DNA from: Candidatus Hydrogenedentota bacterium
GTDB taxonomy: Bacteria > Hydrogenedentota > Hydrogenedentia > Hydrogenedentales > CAILVY01
Length of the DNA: 64,000 nucleotides
NCBI GenBank assembly: GCA_903837785.1
Contig: CAILVY010000207.1
Span: forward strand, 802-64,801
Reading direction: 5' to 3'
The translations under genes were made by a program, and so were the position numbers. The notes under the pieces are model-generated. The model did not search any database, was not told where the DNA came from, and was given only the letters and a program-made list of their open reading frames with translations. The number at the start of each line of letters is the position of its first letter. Within the stretch, counting starts at the first letter, position 1. Shown in pieces: positions 33,230 to 43,222 of the stretch.

Positions 33230-34705
33230 ATGTCAGGAAAGAAGATTCTCGTTGTTGGGGCCGGGCCCGGTGGACTTACGTCGGCGATGATCCTGGCCAA
33301 ACGGGGCTTTGACGTTACGGTTCTTGAGCGGGCGCCGGAGGTGGGCGGGCGCAACCGGACCCTGCAGATAAACGGATTCGTGTTCGATGTCGGCCCGACC
33401 TTCCTGATGATGAAGTACATTCTGGACGAGGTCTTCGAACTGGCGGGGAAGCGCATCGACGATTACCTGGAATCGTATCCGCTGGACCCGATGTACGTCC
33501 TGAACTTCGGGAAGGACCGGCTGGAGGTCACCCCCGATCACGCGCTGCTGAAGCAACGGATTGCAGAACTGTTCCCGGGTGAGGAGAAGGGGCTGGATGA
33601 GTTCATGCGCGTGGAACGGCGCCGCTTCGAGAAGATGAAGCCCTGTCTGCAAAAGGACTATTCGAATTTCTCGGCGATGTACTCAAGGGAAATGCGCAAC
33701 GCCCTGCCGCACCTGTCCATCGGAAAGTCGCTCTACACGAACCTTGGGCGTTACTTCACGAGCGAGCGCCTGCGCGTCTGCTTCACCTTTCAGGCGAAGT
33801 ACCTCGGCATGTCGCCGTGGCAGTGCCCGGCCGCCTTCACGATTATTCCCTATGTGGAACATGCCTTTGGCGTCTTCCACGTTCGGGGCGGCCTCAGCAG
33901 AATCTCCGAAGCCATGGCGCGTGTAGTGGAAGAGAATGGCGGCAGGATACGCACCGGGACGCCCGTGAAGCGGGTGTTGGTGCGGAACGGCCGTGCGGTG
34001 GGCGTGGTGCTGGAGGATGGCGAGCAGGTGAATGCGGACGGCGTCGTGATCAATGCGGACTTTGGGCATGCCATGTCCACGCTGTTCGAGCCGGGACTGC
34101 TCCGGAAGTATACGCCGAGCCGCCTTGAACGGATGAAGTACTCGTGTTCCACATTCATGCTGTATCTGGGCCTGGACAAGCTGTATCAAGAGCCGCATCA
34201 TCAGATTCTCTTTGCGGCAGACTACCGCAGGAACATCGAGGATATTGCGGTGCATGGACGGGTGTCGGACGACTTGTCCGTCTACGTGCGCAATGCGAGC
34301 GTCACGGATGCAACGCTGGCGCCCGAAGGGAAGTCCGCGTTGTACGTGCTGGTGCCGGTGCCGAACAATACCCATGGAGTGGCCTGGCCGGACATTCAGG
34401 AGCGCGTGCGCGCCCGGGTGCTTCACACGATCAAGACGCGCACCTCGATGACGGACATTGAAGACCATATCGAAGTGGAGCACATGATCACCCCGGACGA
34501 TTGGGCGCGGGAAGGCGTCCATTACGGCGCGACGTTCAACCTTGCGCACAGCCTTGATCAGATGCTGTACTTCCGTCCGCACAACCAGTTTCAGGAAGTC
34601 GGGCACTGCTACCTGGTCGGCGGCGGAACCCACCCCGGCAGCGGCCTGCCCACGATTTATGAGTCGGGCAGGATCACCGCGGACTTGATCACGCAGGCCG
34701 GGTAA
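33230..34705 (+). CDS. Phytoene-desaturase-family FAD-dependent oxidoreductase (CrtI-like)
   Basis: An N-terminal FAD motif (ILVVGAGPGGLTSA) sits in a CrtI-like body. An alternative start lies at 33200. The long ORF from 33116 overlaps the uvrA 3' end. Confidence 0.7.
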   Translation: MSGKKILVVGAGPGGLTSAMILAKRGFDVTVLERAPEVGGRNRTLQINGFVFDVGPTFLMMKYILDEVFELAGKRIDDYLESYPLDPMYVLNFGKDRLEVTPDHALLKQRIAELFPGEEKGLDEFMRVERRRFEKMKPCLQKDYSNFSAMYSREMRNALPHLSIGKSLYTNLGRYFTSERLRVCFTFQAKYLGMSPWQCPAAFTIIPYVEHAFGVFHVRGGLSRISEAMARVVEENGGRIRTGTPVKRVLVRNGRAVGVVLEDGEQVNADGVVINADFGHAMSTLFEPGLLRKYTPSRLERMKYSCSTFMLYLGLDKLYQEPHHQILFAADYRRNIEDIAVHGRVSDDLSVYVRNASVTDATLAPEGKSALYVLVPVPNNTHGVAWPDIQERVRARVLHTIKTRTSMTDIEDHIEVEHMITPDDWAREGVHYGATFNLAHSLDQMLYFRPHNQFQEVGHCYLVGGGTHPGSGLPTIYESGRITADLITQAG

Positions 34706-34742
34706 CTGGAAAGCCGCCGGATAATCGGGCCAGGCACCCTCG

Positions 34743-35582
34743 TCACCGCACCGTGACGAAAGGACGGACGGCATCCAGCTTCTTGGGGCCGATGCCGGGC
34801 ACCTTTTCCAAGTCGTCGACGGCCTGGAAGGGGGTCTTGGCGCGGTACTCAATGATCTTGGCCGCGGTCTTTGGGCCGAATCCCGGCAGCGATTCGAGTT
34901 GATCCTGGCTGGCGGAATTCAGATCGATCATGTCGCCCGCGGCGGCCGGCGCTTCCGGTGTGGCGGGTTCCGCAGCCGGAGCGCGTTCGGGGGGGCCGGG
35001 ACTTTCGGCGGGCGGCACGGCCTGCATGGCACGCCAGCCGGAGCGCGTGTACGTGGGCGGGTTCAGTTCGGCGGCGGCACGGGCCTTTCGAAGAACGAGC
35101 CGGCCGTCGCCCTGCTCGTGTTTGGTGCGCATCGGCACAGTCAGCGTGGTCCCGTCGATCAGCTTTGCCGCGATGTTGATATCGTTCATCTCAGCGTCGT
35201 CGCTCGCGCCGTGGGCGGCGCGCAGCAGGTCCTCCACGCGGCTTCCCTCGGACAAGCGATACAAGCCCGGCGCGTTCACCGCGCCGGCGGCGGCCACCGC
35301 GATCTCCTCCGGGGGATCGGCCTCCGGTTCCGGGGGCAACGGCGCCGCGGCCGGCGCCGATTCGGGCGCGGCCGGAGGTTCGGGCGCCGGGGAAGGCGAC
35401 TCAAACGGTTGGGGCGTTTCCGGCGGCGGGGCACCGGCCGGGGGCAGCGCCAGCGTGGGTTCGGGCCGGTACCTGGCCAGGTGCGTCAGCTTGATGCCGC
35501 CCGTCGCGACAATGGCGAGGAGCAGCGCCGCAAAGATCGCGGCCAACACCCGCCCTTTGAACGGAATGGAGACCATGCCCAC
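34743..35582 (-). CDS. comEA: ComEA-like helix-hairpin-helix DNA-binding protein with Pro/Ala-rich linkers
   Basis: An N-terminal TM anchor and a SLBB-like middle domain are followed by C-terminal tandem HhH (DLNSASQDQLESLPGFGPKTAAKIIEYR...LEKVPGIGPKKL). Confidence 0.7.
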   Translation of the reverse strand: MGMVSIPFKGRVLAAIFAALLLAIVATGGIKLTHLARYRPEPTLALPPAGAPPPETPQPFESPSPAPEPPAAPESAPAAAPLPPEPEADPPEEIAVAAAGAVNAPGLYRLSEGSRVEDLLRAAHGASDDAEMNDINIAAKLIDGTTLTVPMRTKHEQGDGRLVLRKARAAAELNPPTYTRSGWRAMQAVPPAESPGPPERAPAAEPATPEAPAAAGDMIDLNSASQDQLESLPGFGPKTAAKIIEYRAKTPFQAVDDLEKVPGIGPKKLDAVRPFVTVR

Positions 35583-35706
35583 ACCTCTGCTGTTTGCAGG
35601 ACTACTCTAGCGCAAAATCGCGCTTCATGCAATAGGCCTGTGCCCGTTCCGGTCCCCTCTGACGCTGCGGCAAAGGGGGGGAGTGCCGCAGTTTGTGGCC
35701 TTCGGC

Positions 35707-36270
35707 TTAGAAGACGAACGGCACCAGCTTCCGGACCCGGGAGCAGTATTCCGGATAGGCTTCCGGAAACTGCCGGTTCATGACGCGTTCCTCGTCGTAC
35801 ATCTTCCGGGTGAAGGAGGCCGCCATGATCCCAAAGGCCAGCGCGCCGCGGAGTTCGCCCAGGGCGACCGCCGTGCCGAACATGCCCAGGAGAAACCCCG
35901 CATAGATGGGGTGGCGGACGATCGCATAGGGCCCCGTCTGTATCAGTTCGTGGCCTTCTTTGAGGGTGATTGCCCCGCTCCAGTTCCTCCCGAGGGTATG
36001 CCGCGCCCAGAGGGCGAAACTGAGTCCGGCGAGACAACACGCCACGCCTGCCGTTTCCAGCATGATCTCCCGCGGCATCAGGCGCAGTGCCAGCCATCCC
36101 CCGTGGATGGGCGCCATGACGAGCCCGAGGCTTAGAAACGCCGAGGCCCGCGTGTACGCCCGCAGCAGCAGACCCTGCTGAAACGCCACGGTCTTCTTGG
36201 TTCCCCTGGACGAAAACATCCAGTAGATCCATACAGTGAGCCAGCAAAGCAACGTCAACCGATAAGGCAT
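35707..36270 (-). CDS. Isoprenylcysteine carboxyl methyltransferase (ICMT/PEMT-like) family membrane protein
   Basis: The C-terminal motif RHPIYAGFLLGMFG...EE is typical of the ICMT family. The start was chosen at MPYRL (36270) inside the 257-aa ORF. Confidence 0.7.
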   Translation of the reverse strand: MPYRLTLLCWLTVWIYWMFSSRGTKKTVAFQQGLLLRAYTRASAFLSLGLVMAPIHGGWLALRLMPREIMLETAGVACCLAGLSFALWARHTLGRNWSGAITLKEGHELIQTGPYAIVRHPIYAGFLLGMFGTAVALGELRGALAFGIMAASFTRKMYDEERVMNRQFPEAYPEYCSRVRKLVPFVF

Positions 36271-36607
36271 TTGGGCATCCACCTCCCTGATGTGAAACAA
36301 GATCCTGGCGCCATTATAGCTCATCTGTTTTCCCGTTCCCGGCGGCGCCCGCCCGCCGATCCCGGTGTGCAATGCCCGCCTTTCAGTCGAGTCGATAGGG
36401 CCCTCTGCGCCGTGGACGGCGTCTTCCCGTTCCTGCTCTCCTGCGAAACAGTCCGGGGCCGGACGCCCTGCCGTCTCCAACCCGGCAACTTGCCTATTGT
36501 GTTCTCAGCGTATGTGTGCTAGAAATAGACTGTCTCGGATCCTCTGCAACGGGAAGGGCGAAGGCATTTGAGACCCCGTGAGGCGGGGAGGAAAGGCGGG
36601 TGCGGTC

Positions 36608-39600
36608 ATGAAGCGCTTTCATTTGCGACGTGCCGTGGGGTGTGCTGTCTTCTGGGCTGTTGTTATGCTGGTTTCGGGCCTATCCGCCGAAGCACAAACC
36701 CACTCCGCGGATCAGAACGGAGACTACCGCATCGACTTGAGCGAACTCCTGCGGGTGATCCAGTTCTTCAACAGCGGGGGGTATCACTGCGAGGCGGGCT
36801 CCGAGGACGGCTATGCCGCCGCCGCGGGCAGCCAGGCTTGCACCACGCACAGCAGCGACTACGACGGCGGGCCAGACTGGGCCATCAATCTTTCGGAACT
36901 CCTCCGGCTCGTGCAGTTCTATAACACCTGCGGCTACGCCCTCGACGCCGCGGGCGAGGACGGCTTCGCCCCTGTCATCTGCGTCTGGCACGTCAAGCCG
37001 GGCGGCACGGGGACCGGTGGCACGACCTGGGATGACGCGTTCGGTTCCATCCAACAGGCGGTGGACGCAGCCGCCGCCCACCACGGCGGCGAGGTCTGGG
37101 TGGGCGTGGGAACGTACACCGGCACGTCGGACAACGTCGTGGTCATGCGAGAGCAGGTCCAACTCTACGGCGGCTTCGCCGGAACGGAGTCGGATCGGGA
37201 CATGCGGGACTGGAGCGCGCACCCGACGATTATCGATGGCGAAGGCGCCCGGCGCTGCGTTGTCGGTGCGAATGACGCGACCTTGGACGGGTTTGTCGTG
37301 CAAGACGGCTATGTGCTTGGGGAAAGAGGCGGGGGGATGTACAACGCCGGAGGTTCCCCGGTAGTCCGAAACTGTAGGTTCGTCAGGAATGGCGCGCTGG
37401 GTGAGGGATACTGTGATTGCGGGGTGAAACGTGGTTGTTACTTAAACGAGGGCTATGGCGGCGGCATGTATAACAGCTTTTCGTCGCCCATAATTGAGAA
37501 CTGCGTCTTCACCGAAAATGTGGCGGACGGATTCGGCGGGGGGATGTATAACGAGGGCGGCGCTTCCCCTGCCGTGACCAATTGCACGTTTTCCGGGAAT
37601 GAGGCCAAGGTCCTGGGGGCATGTGAGTTCTACTGTTCACTCTGTGATCAATCCGGGGGCTTCGGCGGCGGGATGTACACGACCTCGGGCTCGCCTGTAA
37701 TCACGGGATGTGTCTTCTCGGACAACCGGGCCGAATATGCTGGCGGAGGCCTGTACAGCAACGACACGGTAGCCTTGACAGTGACAGGATGCACCTTCGC
37801 CAACAACTCGGCCGGCGGTGGAGCCGGCCTTCTCAACAATTCGAATTCCGCGGTCATCTCCAACTGCACGTTTACGGGTAACGCGGCAAGCGACTCTGGT
37901 GGCGGGCTGAACTGTGCCTGCAAGTTGAACATGACTGCATGCACCTTCTCAAACAATATGGCAGGCCGTGGTGGCGGGCTGAAATTCTCCGGTCAAACAC
38001 CCAGCACGATCTCGGATTGCGTGTTTACGGACAACTCAGTTAGTCGTCAAGGGGGAGGCATGTTTTTGTCCGGCGGATTGGCCCTATTGAATTGCCGCGT
38101 CTCCCAGAATGCCTCCCTGGAAAACGGCGCAGGCATATACTTGGATCGCTCATCTGTTGCCGTAAGGAATACCGAAATCCTGGGAAATCGAGCGGTTTGC
38201 GGGGGTGGTTTGTACGTGGATTCCGGTTCGAATGCGTTCGAGAATTGTGTGCTGTACGCAAACGCGGCCACATACGGCGGTGGGCTGTACATTTACGGAG
38301 CAACAACGCTTACGGCAATGAACTGTACGCTGGTCCGCAATTCTGCCCAATCTGGAAGGGCATTTTATGCGGATGACAAATCCACCCCATTGTTGACAAA
38401 CTGTATCCTCTGGAACGATCCCGGCGGCGAGATAGGCTTGGGCGGCACGGCAATCGCCACGATAACCTACTCGTGTGTTCAGGGCGGATACGATGGCGTC
38501 GGCAATGTTACCGAAGAACCGCTGTTCCTGGACTCGGATAGCGGAAGTCTCAAACTTCGAACAGGTTCCCCCTGCATTGATACCGGAACAGACTCCGGCG
38601 CGCCGGATACGGACTTCAGCGGAGCGCCGCGCCCGCAAGGCGCCGGACATGACATGGGTGCGTATGAGGGAGCCGTGTCCGAAAGCGATATTGTGCACCT
38701 GAACATCGCCGCATCGCCGGCGGATGCGGGTCGAACCGTTCCCTCCGCAGGGACTCACGCCTGTACCCGGGGATCAATCGCAACAGTCGCCGCTACCGGA
38801 GCAGGGATGCGTTTCGTCCGTTGGGAAGGGGATCTGCCGGCCACTTCTTCCACGATTTCTGTTCCAATGGATAGCGACAAGTCAGTCACCGCCGTCTTCG
38901 AAGGAAATATCAGGTACGTGAACGCGGCGAACGACTCGGGCGTGGAAGATGGGTTTTCGTGGGCGACTGCCTTCCGGGAGATCCAGGCGGCTGTGGATGC
39001 CGCGGCCGCCGACAGAGGAGGCGAAGTCTGGGTCGCGGCCGGAACTTACACAGGCGTATCAGGTCAGGTGCTGACCATGCTGCCCACTGTCTCACTGTAC
39101 GGCGGCTTTGCGGGAATAGAGCTTGTTCGGGCGCAGCGAAACTGGGCTGTACATCGGACCATCATAGACGGTGAAAAGACGCGCCGTTGCCTTGAAGGCT
39201 CAGACGAAGCACGCCTCGACGGGTTCGTTTTGCTGGACGGATATGCCAACCAAGGCGGGGGGATGCGCAATCAACTCTCGTCGCCGGTCGTGGCAAACTG
39301 CACCTTCGACAACAACGTTGCGAGTGATGGCGGCGGCATGTTTAACAATGCTTCAGCGCCGGAAATCGTGGATTGCGTATTTGTCGGCAACAGAGCCGGG
39401 CATAGCGATAGCTCTGATGGGGGGGCTATGTACAACCTGAATTCGAGCCCATCCGTGATCAGGTGCGATTTTTCTGGAAACACAGCCGGTAATGCTGGAG
39501 GTGTGTACAATCTTAAGTCGGCACCCACAGTCATCGACAGCGTGTTCAGTACCAACAGCGCTGTCTACGAGGGCGGCGGCATCTGCAACGGTCGGGAAGC

Positions 39601-41359
39601 CTCGCCTACAGTCACCGGGTGCACATTCTCCGGGAACTCTGCGGAGATTGGGGGTGGTATCCGCAATGATACGAAGTCGTCAGCTATAGTCGCCAATTGC
39701 GAGTTCACCGACAACGCTGCCCTTGGCGGCGCCGGGATCGCGAATTCCGAATCCACGCTCACGCTGATCAATTGTACGTTTTCCAGTGGCAGGTCCGTCT
39801 TCGGCGGCGGGATGTACCTCCAAGATTGTTCTACAGTCCTCTGGAACTGTAGTTTCTCCGGCAATAGGGCGGCCATCGGAGGGGGAGTCTACGGCAGCAG
39901 TGCCGCCCTTTCAGCGTCAAACTGCATTCTGTGGGACAACGGAGAAGGGGAAATCGTCCTCAGATACTCAGTCGACATCAATATCACCTACTCCTGCGTT
40001 CAAGGCGGTTACTCAGGCGCGGGCAATATCGACGCCGACCCGCAGTTGCTGGCCGCAGAGAATGGGCGTGTTCGTGTCCGTGCGGAATCGCCCTGCATCG
40101 ATTCGGGCACGGCCTTGGGAGCACCGTCCACGGATATTCTGGGCGCGCCACGGCCGCAGGGGGCGGGAGTAGATATGGGGGCGTACGAAGGCGGGGTGGC
40201 GGCGTGCGACATCGTTTATCTGGTACTGGCGGCCTCTCCCGAGGCAGGTGGACGAACGATCCCGGCAGCCGGGCTGCACCCCTGTGTACGCGGTTCATCC
40301 ATAGCTGCGTCCGCAGTGGGCCTGGGCATGCGATTTGCCCGCTGGGAAGGGGATGTCTCCTCCCCGGCAAGGGATACGATGATTCTCATGGAAGGCGACA
40401 AGGCCGCCACAGCCGTCTTTGAAACGAATATCCTGCGGGTGGATGCCGCCAACACGGGCTGGGAAGATGGGCTGACCTGGGCGACCGCCTTCCGGACCAT
40501 CCAACCGGCGGTCGATATTGCCGCAAACAATGGCGGCGGCGAGATCTGGGTCGCTCAAAGTGTCTACACGAGCACCTCGGACCCTGTCCTCACGATGAAG
40601 TCATCTGTTGCCCTCTATGGAGGATTTGCGGGAATGGAGAGCAGCCGAATGGAACGGAATTGGGTCGAGCATCCGGTGATAATTGATGGCGCCGGCTATC
40701 GAAGGTGCGTCCACGGGGCGGACGACGCCATTCTCGATGGTTTCTCCGCCAGAAATGGCTTCGGGTCCCGCTCAGATAATCGATATATTTCGAACATGGG
40801 CGGCGCAATGCTCAACTATTGTGTCTCTCCAGTCATTGCGAATTGCGAGTTCTTGGGAAACCGTGCAACTTTTGGCGGCGGATTATGCAACTTGGCAGCG
40901 TTTCCCCTTCTGACTAATTGCGTCTTCTTTGACAACTCCGCAACGGCTCAGGGGGGCGGCATGGACAACTCAGCTTCCATGCCGGTTCTGATTAACTGTA
41001 CGTTCTCGGGAAATGTTGCGACGCGAGGCGGAGGCATGTTCAGTGGGAGTTCTTCTCCTACTGTGACAAACTCCATCTTCTGGAACGACATTGGCGGAGA
41101 CTTCGTCAACGAGTCAGGATCCGGTCCGATCGTCACGTTCTCCTGCATCCAGGGCGGCTACGCGGGCGAGGGCAACATTGAAGCGGATCCGCTGTTTGCC
41201 GATGCGGTGAATGGCGACTTGCGGCTGCAAGCGGGTTCGCCGTGCATTGACACGGGGACGGGAGTGGGCGCGCCGGAAACGGACCTCCTGGGCGTGTTGC
41301 GGCCGCAGGGCGCGGGCTATGACATGGGCGCGTATGAATTTGTGCCTCCGAAGCGCTGA
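36608..41359 (+). CDS. Giant secreted surface protein: N-terminal tandem dockerin-like repeats plus three tandem modules of right-handed parallel beta-helix (PbH1 / choice-of-anchor-Q-like, ending ...DxGAYE), the first two each followed by an InlB-B-repeat-like Ig domain
   Basis: A signal peptide is present. Two 22-aa dockerin-like repeats are seen (DQNGDYRIDLSELLRVIQFFN; DYDGGPDWAINLSELLRLVQFYN). There are many NCTF(S/T)xNxA beta-helix rungs. Each module ends SPCIDTGTxxGAPxTDxxGxxRPQGAGxDMGAYE. Confidence 0.8.
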   Translation: MKRFHLRRAVGCAVFWAVVMLVSGLSAEAQTHSADQNGDYRIDLSELLRVIQFFNSGGYHCEAGSEDGYAAAAGSQACTTHSSDYDGGPDWAINLSELLRLVQFYNTCGYALDAAGEDGFAPVICVWHVKPGGTGTGGTTWDDAFGSIQQAVDAAAAHHGGEVWVGVGTYTGTSDNVVVMREQVQLYGGFAGTESDRDMRDWSAHPTIIDGEGARRCVVGANDATLDGFVVQDGYVLGERGGGMYNAGGSPVVRNCRFVRNGALGEGYCDCGVKRGCYLNEGYGGGMYNSFSSPIIENCVFTENVADGFGGGMYNEGGASPAVTNCTFSGNEAKVLGACEFYCSLCDQSGGFGGGMYTTSGSPVITGCVFSDNRAEYAGGGLYSNDTVALTVTGCTFANNSAGGGAGLLNNSNSAVISNCTFTGNAASDSGGGLNCACKLNMTACTFSNNMAGRGGGLKFSGQTPSTISDCVFTDNSVSRQGGGMFLSGGLALLNCRVSQNASLENGAGIYLDRSSVAVRNTEILGNRAVCGGGLYVDSGSNAFENCVLYANAATYGGGLYIYGATTLTAMNCTLVRNSAQSGRAFYADDKSTPLLTNCILWNDPGGEIGLGGTAIATITYSCVQGGYDGVGNVTEEPLFLDSDSGSLKLRTGSPCIDTGTDSGAPDTDFSGAPRPQGAGHDMGAYEGAVSESDIVHLNIAASPADAGRTVPSAGTHACTRGSIATVAATGAGMRFVRWEGDLPATSSTISVPMDSDKSVTAVFEGNIRYVNAANDSGVEDGFSWATAFREIQAAVDAAAADRGGEVWVAAGTYTGVSGQVLTMLPTVSLYGGFAGIELVRAQRNWAVHRTIIDGEKTRRCLEGSDEARLDGFVLLDGYANQGGGMRNQLSSPVVANCTFDNNVASDGGGMFNNASAPEIVDCVFVGNRAGHSDSSDGGAMYNLNSSPSVIRCDFSGNTAGNAGGVYNLKSAPTVIDSVFSTNSAVYEGGGICNGREASPTVTGCTFSGNSAEIGGGIRNDTKSSAIVANCEFTDNAALGGAGIANSESTLTLINCTFSSGRSVFGGGMYLQDCSTVLWNCSFSGNRAAIGGGVYGSSAALSASNCILWDNGEGEIVLRYSVDINITYSCVQGGYSGAGNIDADPQLLAAENGRVRVRAESPCIDSGTALGAPSTDILGAPRPQGAGVDMGAYEGGVAACDIVYLVLAASPEAGGRTIPAAGLHPCVRGSSIAASAVGLGMRFARWEGDVSSPARDTMILMEGDKAATAVFETNILRVDAANTGWEDGLTWATAFRTIQPAVDIAANNGGGEIWVAQSVYTSTSDPVLTMKSSVALYGGFAGMESSRMERNWVEHPVIIDGAGYRRCVHGADDAILDGFSARNGFGSRSDNRYISNMGGAMLNYCVSPVIANCEFLGNRATFGGGLCNLAAFPLLTNCVFFDNSATAQGGGMDNSASMPVLINCTFSGNVATRGGGMFSGSSSPTVTNSIFWNDIGGDFVNESGSGPIVTFSCIQGGYAGEGNIEADPLFADAVNGDLRLQAGSPCIDTGTGVGAPETDLLGVLRPQGAGYDMGAYEFVPPKR
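36974..38903 (+). repeat. Intragenic tandem module 1 (beta-helix + InlB-B-repeat-like), ~643 aa
   Basis: Starts VICVWHVKPGGTGTGGTTWDDAFGSIQQAVDAAAAHHGGEVWVGVGTYTG. Ends ...MDSDKSVTAVFEGN. Confidence 0.7.
38904..40426 (+). repeat. Intragenic tandem module 2, ~507 aa
   Basis: Starts NIRYVNAANDSGVEDGFSWATAFREIQAAVDAAAADRGGEVWVAAGTYTG. Ends ...MEGDKAATAVFETN. Confidence 0.7.
40427..41356 (+). repeat. Intragenic tandem module 3 (truncated, no Ig domain), ~310 aa
   Basis: Starts NILRVDAANTGWEDGLTWATAFRTIQPAVDIAANNGGGEIWVAQSVYT. Ends ...DMGAYEFVPPKR. Confidence 0.7.
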
Positions 41360-41425
41360 GACGTTCGGGCGCGGCGTGTGCTAGAATCAGTCCCGGTTTT
41401 GCCACAGGCGGGAAAGGAACGGGAT

Positions 41426-42187
41426 ATGATCACGCGCAGGTTCGCTTTAGCAGGGTTCGTTGTGGGCATGGGGCTGATTGCGGCGGGCATGCCGGCGCAG
41501 GCGGCGGACGAGGCCGCGCCGGCGGTGAAGAAGATTCTTGTGGTCACGGGCCAGGACTATCCCGGACACAAGTGGCAGGAGACGGCGCCGGTGCTCGCGA
41601 AGGATATTGCGGCGGATGCGCGGATGAACGTGACTGTGACGGAGGACCCGAAGACGCTGGCCTCGCCGGATCTCAAGCAGTACGACGCGATTGTGCTGCA
41701 TTTCATGAATTGGGAGCAGCCCGATCCCGGCCCGGCGGCGCGGGAGAACCTGAAGCAGTTCGTTGAAGGGGGCAAGGGCCTCGTGGTGGTGCATTTTGCG
41801 TGCGGCGCGTTCCAGGCGTGGCCGGAGTTTCGCGCCCTGGCAGGCCGCTCCTACGATCCGAAGCTTCGCCCGCACGACCCCTTCGGGAAGTTCCGCGTCG
41901 CCATCGTGAACAAGGACCACCCGATCACGAAGGGCATGGAAACGTTCGACACGACGGACGAGTTGTACACGTGTCTCGCGGGCGACCGCCCAATCGAGGT
42001 CCTGGCCACGGCGAAATCGAAAGTGGACAGCAAGGATTATCCGATGGCGTTTGTGCTGGCCTATGGCGCCGGGCGCGTGTTTCACAGTCCGCTGGGCCAT
42101 GACGCGCCGTCGCTGTCGAACCCCGCGGTGTCGGAACTGTTCCGGCGGGGCTGCGCGTGGGCGGCGGGCCTCGACCCGGTGAAGTAA
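41426..42187 (+). CDS. ThuA-family (trehalose-utilisation / class-I glutamine-amidotransferase-like) protein, Tat-type signal
   Basis: A twin-arginine-like signal (MITRRFALAGFVVG) precedes a ThuA-fold body. Confidence 0.7.
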   Translation: MITRRFALAGFVVGMGLIAAGMPAQAADEAAPAVKKILVVTGQDYPGHKWQETAPVLAKDIAADARMNVTVTEDPKTLASPDLKQYDAIVLHFMNWEQPDPGPAARENLKQFVEGGKGLVVVHFACGAFQAWPEFRALAGRSYDPKLRPHDPFGKFRVAIVNKDHPITKGMETFDTTDELYTCLAGDRPIEVLATAKSKVDSKDYPMAFVLAYGAGRVFHSPLGHDAPSLSNPAVSELFRRGCAWAAGLDPVK

Positions 42188-42224
42188 GGGCATTTCCCAA
42201 CGGCAACAGAATAAGGAGCGGATC

Positions 42225-43070
42225 ATGATCGAGCTGGGCATGCACACGGACAACTGGCGGCCATTGAGCGGGAGCTTCAAGCAGGCGGCGGAGACAGCGA
42301 TCAAGTACGGCCTGAAACACCTCGAGTTTGCGGCGATCCACGGTCAGTACTTTATCCAGGCCATGGGCTATGAGCCGGGCATTTCGCTCCAGTCGAACCC
42401 GCGCGCGCTCAAGCGGTATTGCGACGCCAACGGCCTGAAGATCTCGCAGATCGACGGGTCCTATCCGTTCATGGGCCCGGACGGCTCGGCGTACGGCGTG
42501 GCGTACGTGCAGCAGTCGATCCGCTTCGCGGCGGAGCTGGATTGCCCGATGGTTGACACAGTGGATGGCGCGTTCGAGATCGAAGGCTTCACCCGCGACG
42601 AGATTTTCCGGATCACCTGCGACAACTATCGCCAGGTGCTTTCGTGGGCCGAGGATTATGGGGTGGTGATCAACGTCGAGCCGCACGGCCCGTACACGAA
42701 TGATCCCGAGTTCATGCTGAAGCTCTTCAAGCACTTCGATTCCGAATGGCTCCGCTGCAATTTCGACACGGGCAACAGCTTCATCGCCGGCCACGACCCG
42801 CTCGAGTATCTCAAGACGCTGCGGCCCTACGTTTCGCACTGCCATATCAAGGACGTCAGCGCCGGGCTGGCCGCGGCGGTGCGCGGCGAGGAAACGGGCA
42901 TCGCGTGCAGCGAGGTGCCCATCGGCGGCGGTGTCAACGCGGAGAACATCAAGCGCTGCCTCGCCTACCTGAAGGAGACGAAGTGGGAGGGCGTGGTCTC
43001 GCTCGAGTGCTACGGCGCGGACGATAACATCCGTCAGAGCGTCGAGTTCCTCCGTCCGCTGGTCCAGTAG
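42225..43070 (+). CDS. Sugar phosphate isomerase/epimerase (xylose-isomerase-like TIM barrel)
   Basis: AP_endonuc_2-type motifs are present (LEFAAIHG, INVEPHGPYT, HCHIKDV). Confidence 0.8.
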   Translation: MIELGMHTDNWRPLSGSFKQAAETAIKYGLKHLEFAAIHGQYFIQAMGYEPGISLQSNPRALKRYCDANGLKISQIDGSYPFMGPDGSAYGVAYVQQSIRFAAELDCPMVDTVDGAFEIEGFTRDEIFRITCDNYRQVLSWAEDYGVVINVEPHGPYTNDPEFMLKLFKHFDSEWLRCNFDTGNSFIAGHDPLEYLKTLRPYVSHCHIKDVSAGLAAAVRGEETGIACSEVPIGGGVNAENIKRCLAYLKETKWEGVVSLECYGADDNIRQSVEFLRPLVQ

Positions 43071-43222
43071 TTTTCACACATGGCGCCCCGCCAGCAACCG
43101 GGTTTTCCCGGCGTCTGCCGGGAACCTTCCGGCCGGACCGGTGTTTAACACCACGTACGGCCGGGATACCGGCCGGTGACGGGCAGGAGCAGGTTCCGAA
43201 CGGAGCAGAAGGACCGGGCGAA

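Noticed and set aside
36578-41359. Possibility that the periodic repeats in this region are a CRISPR array or IS-element cluster
   Set aside because: The repeats are long (0.9-1.9 kb), in-frame and protein-coding with conserved beta-helix rung motifs. No short direct repeats with unique spacers and no transposase are present.
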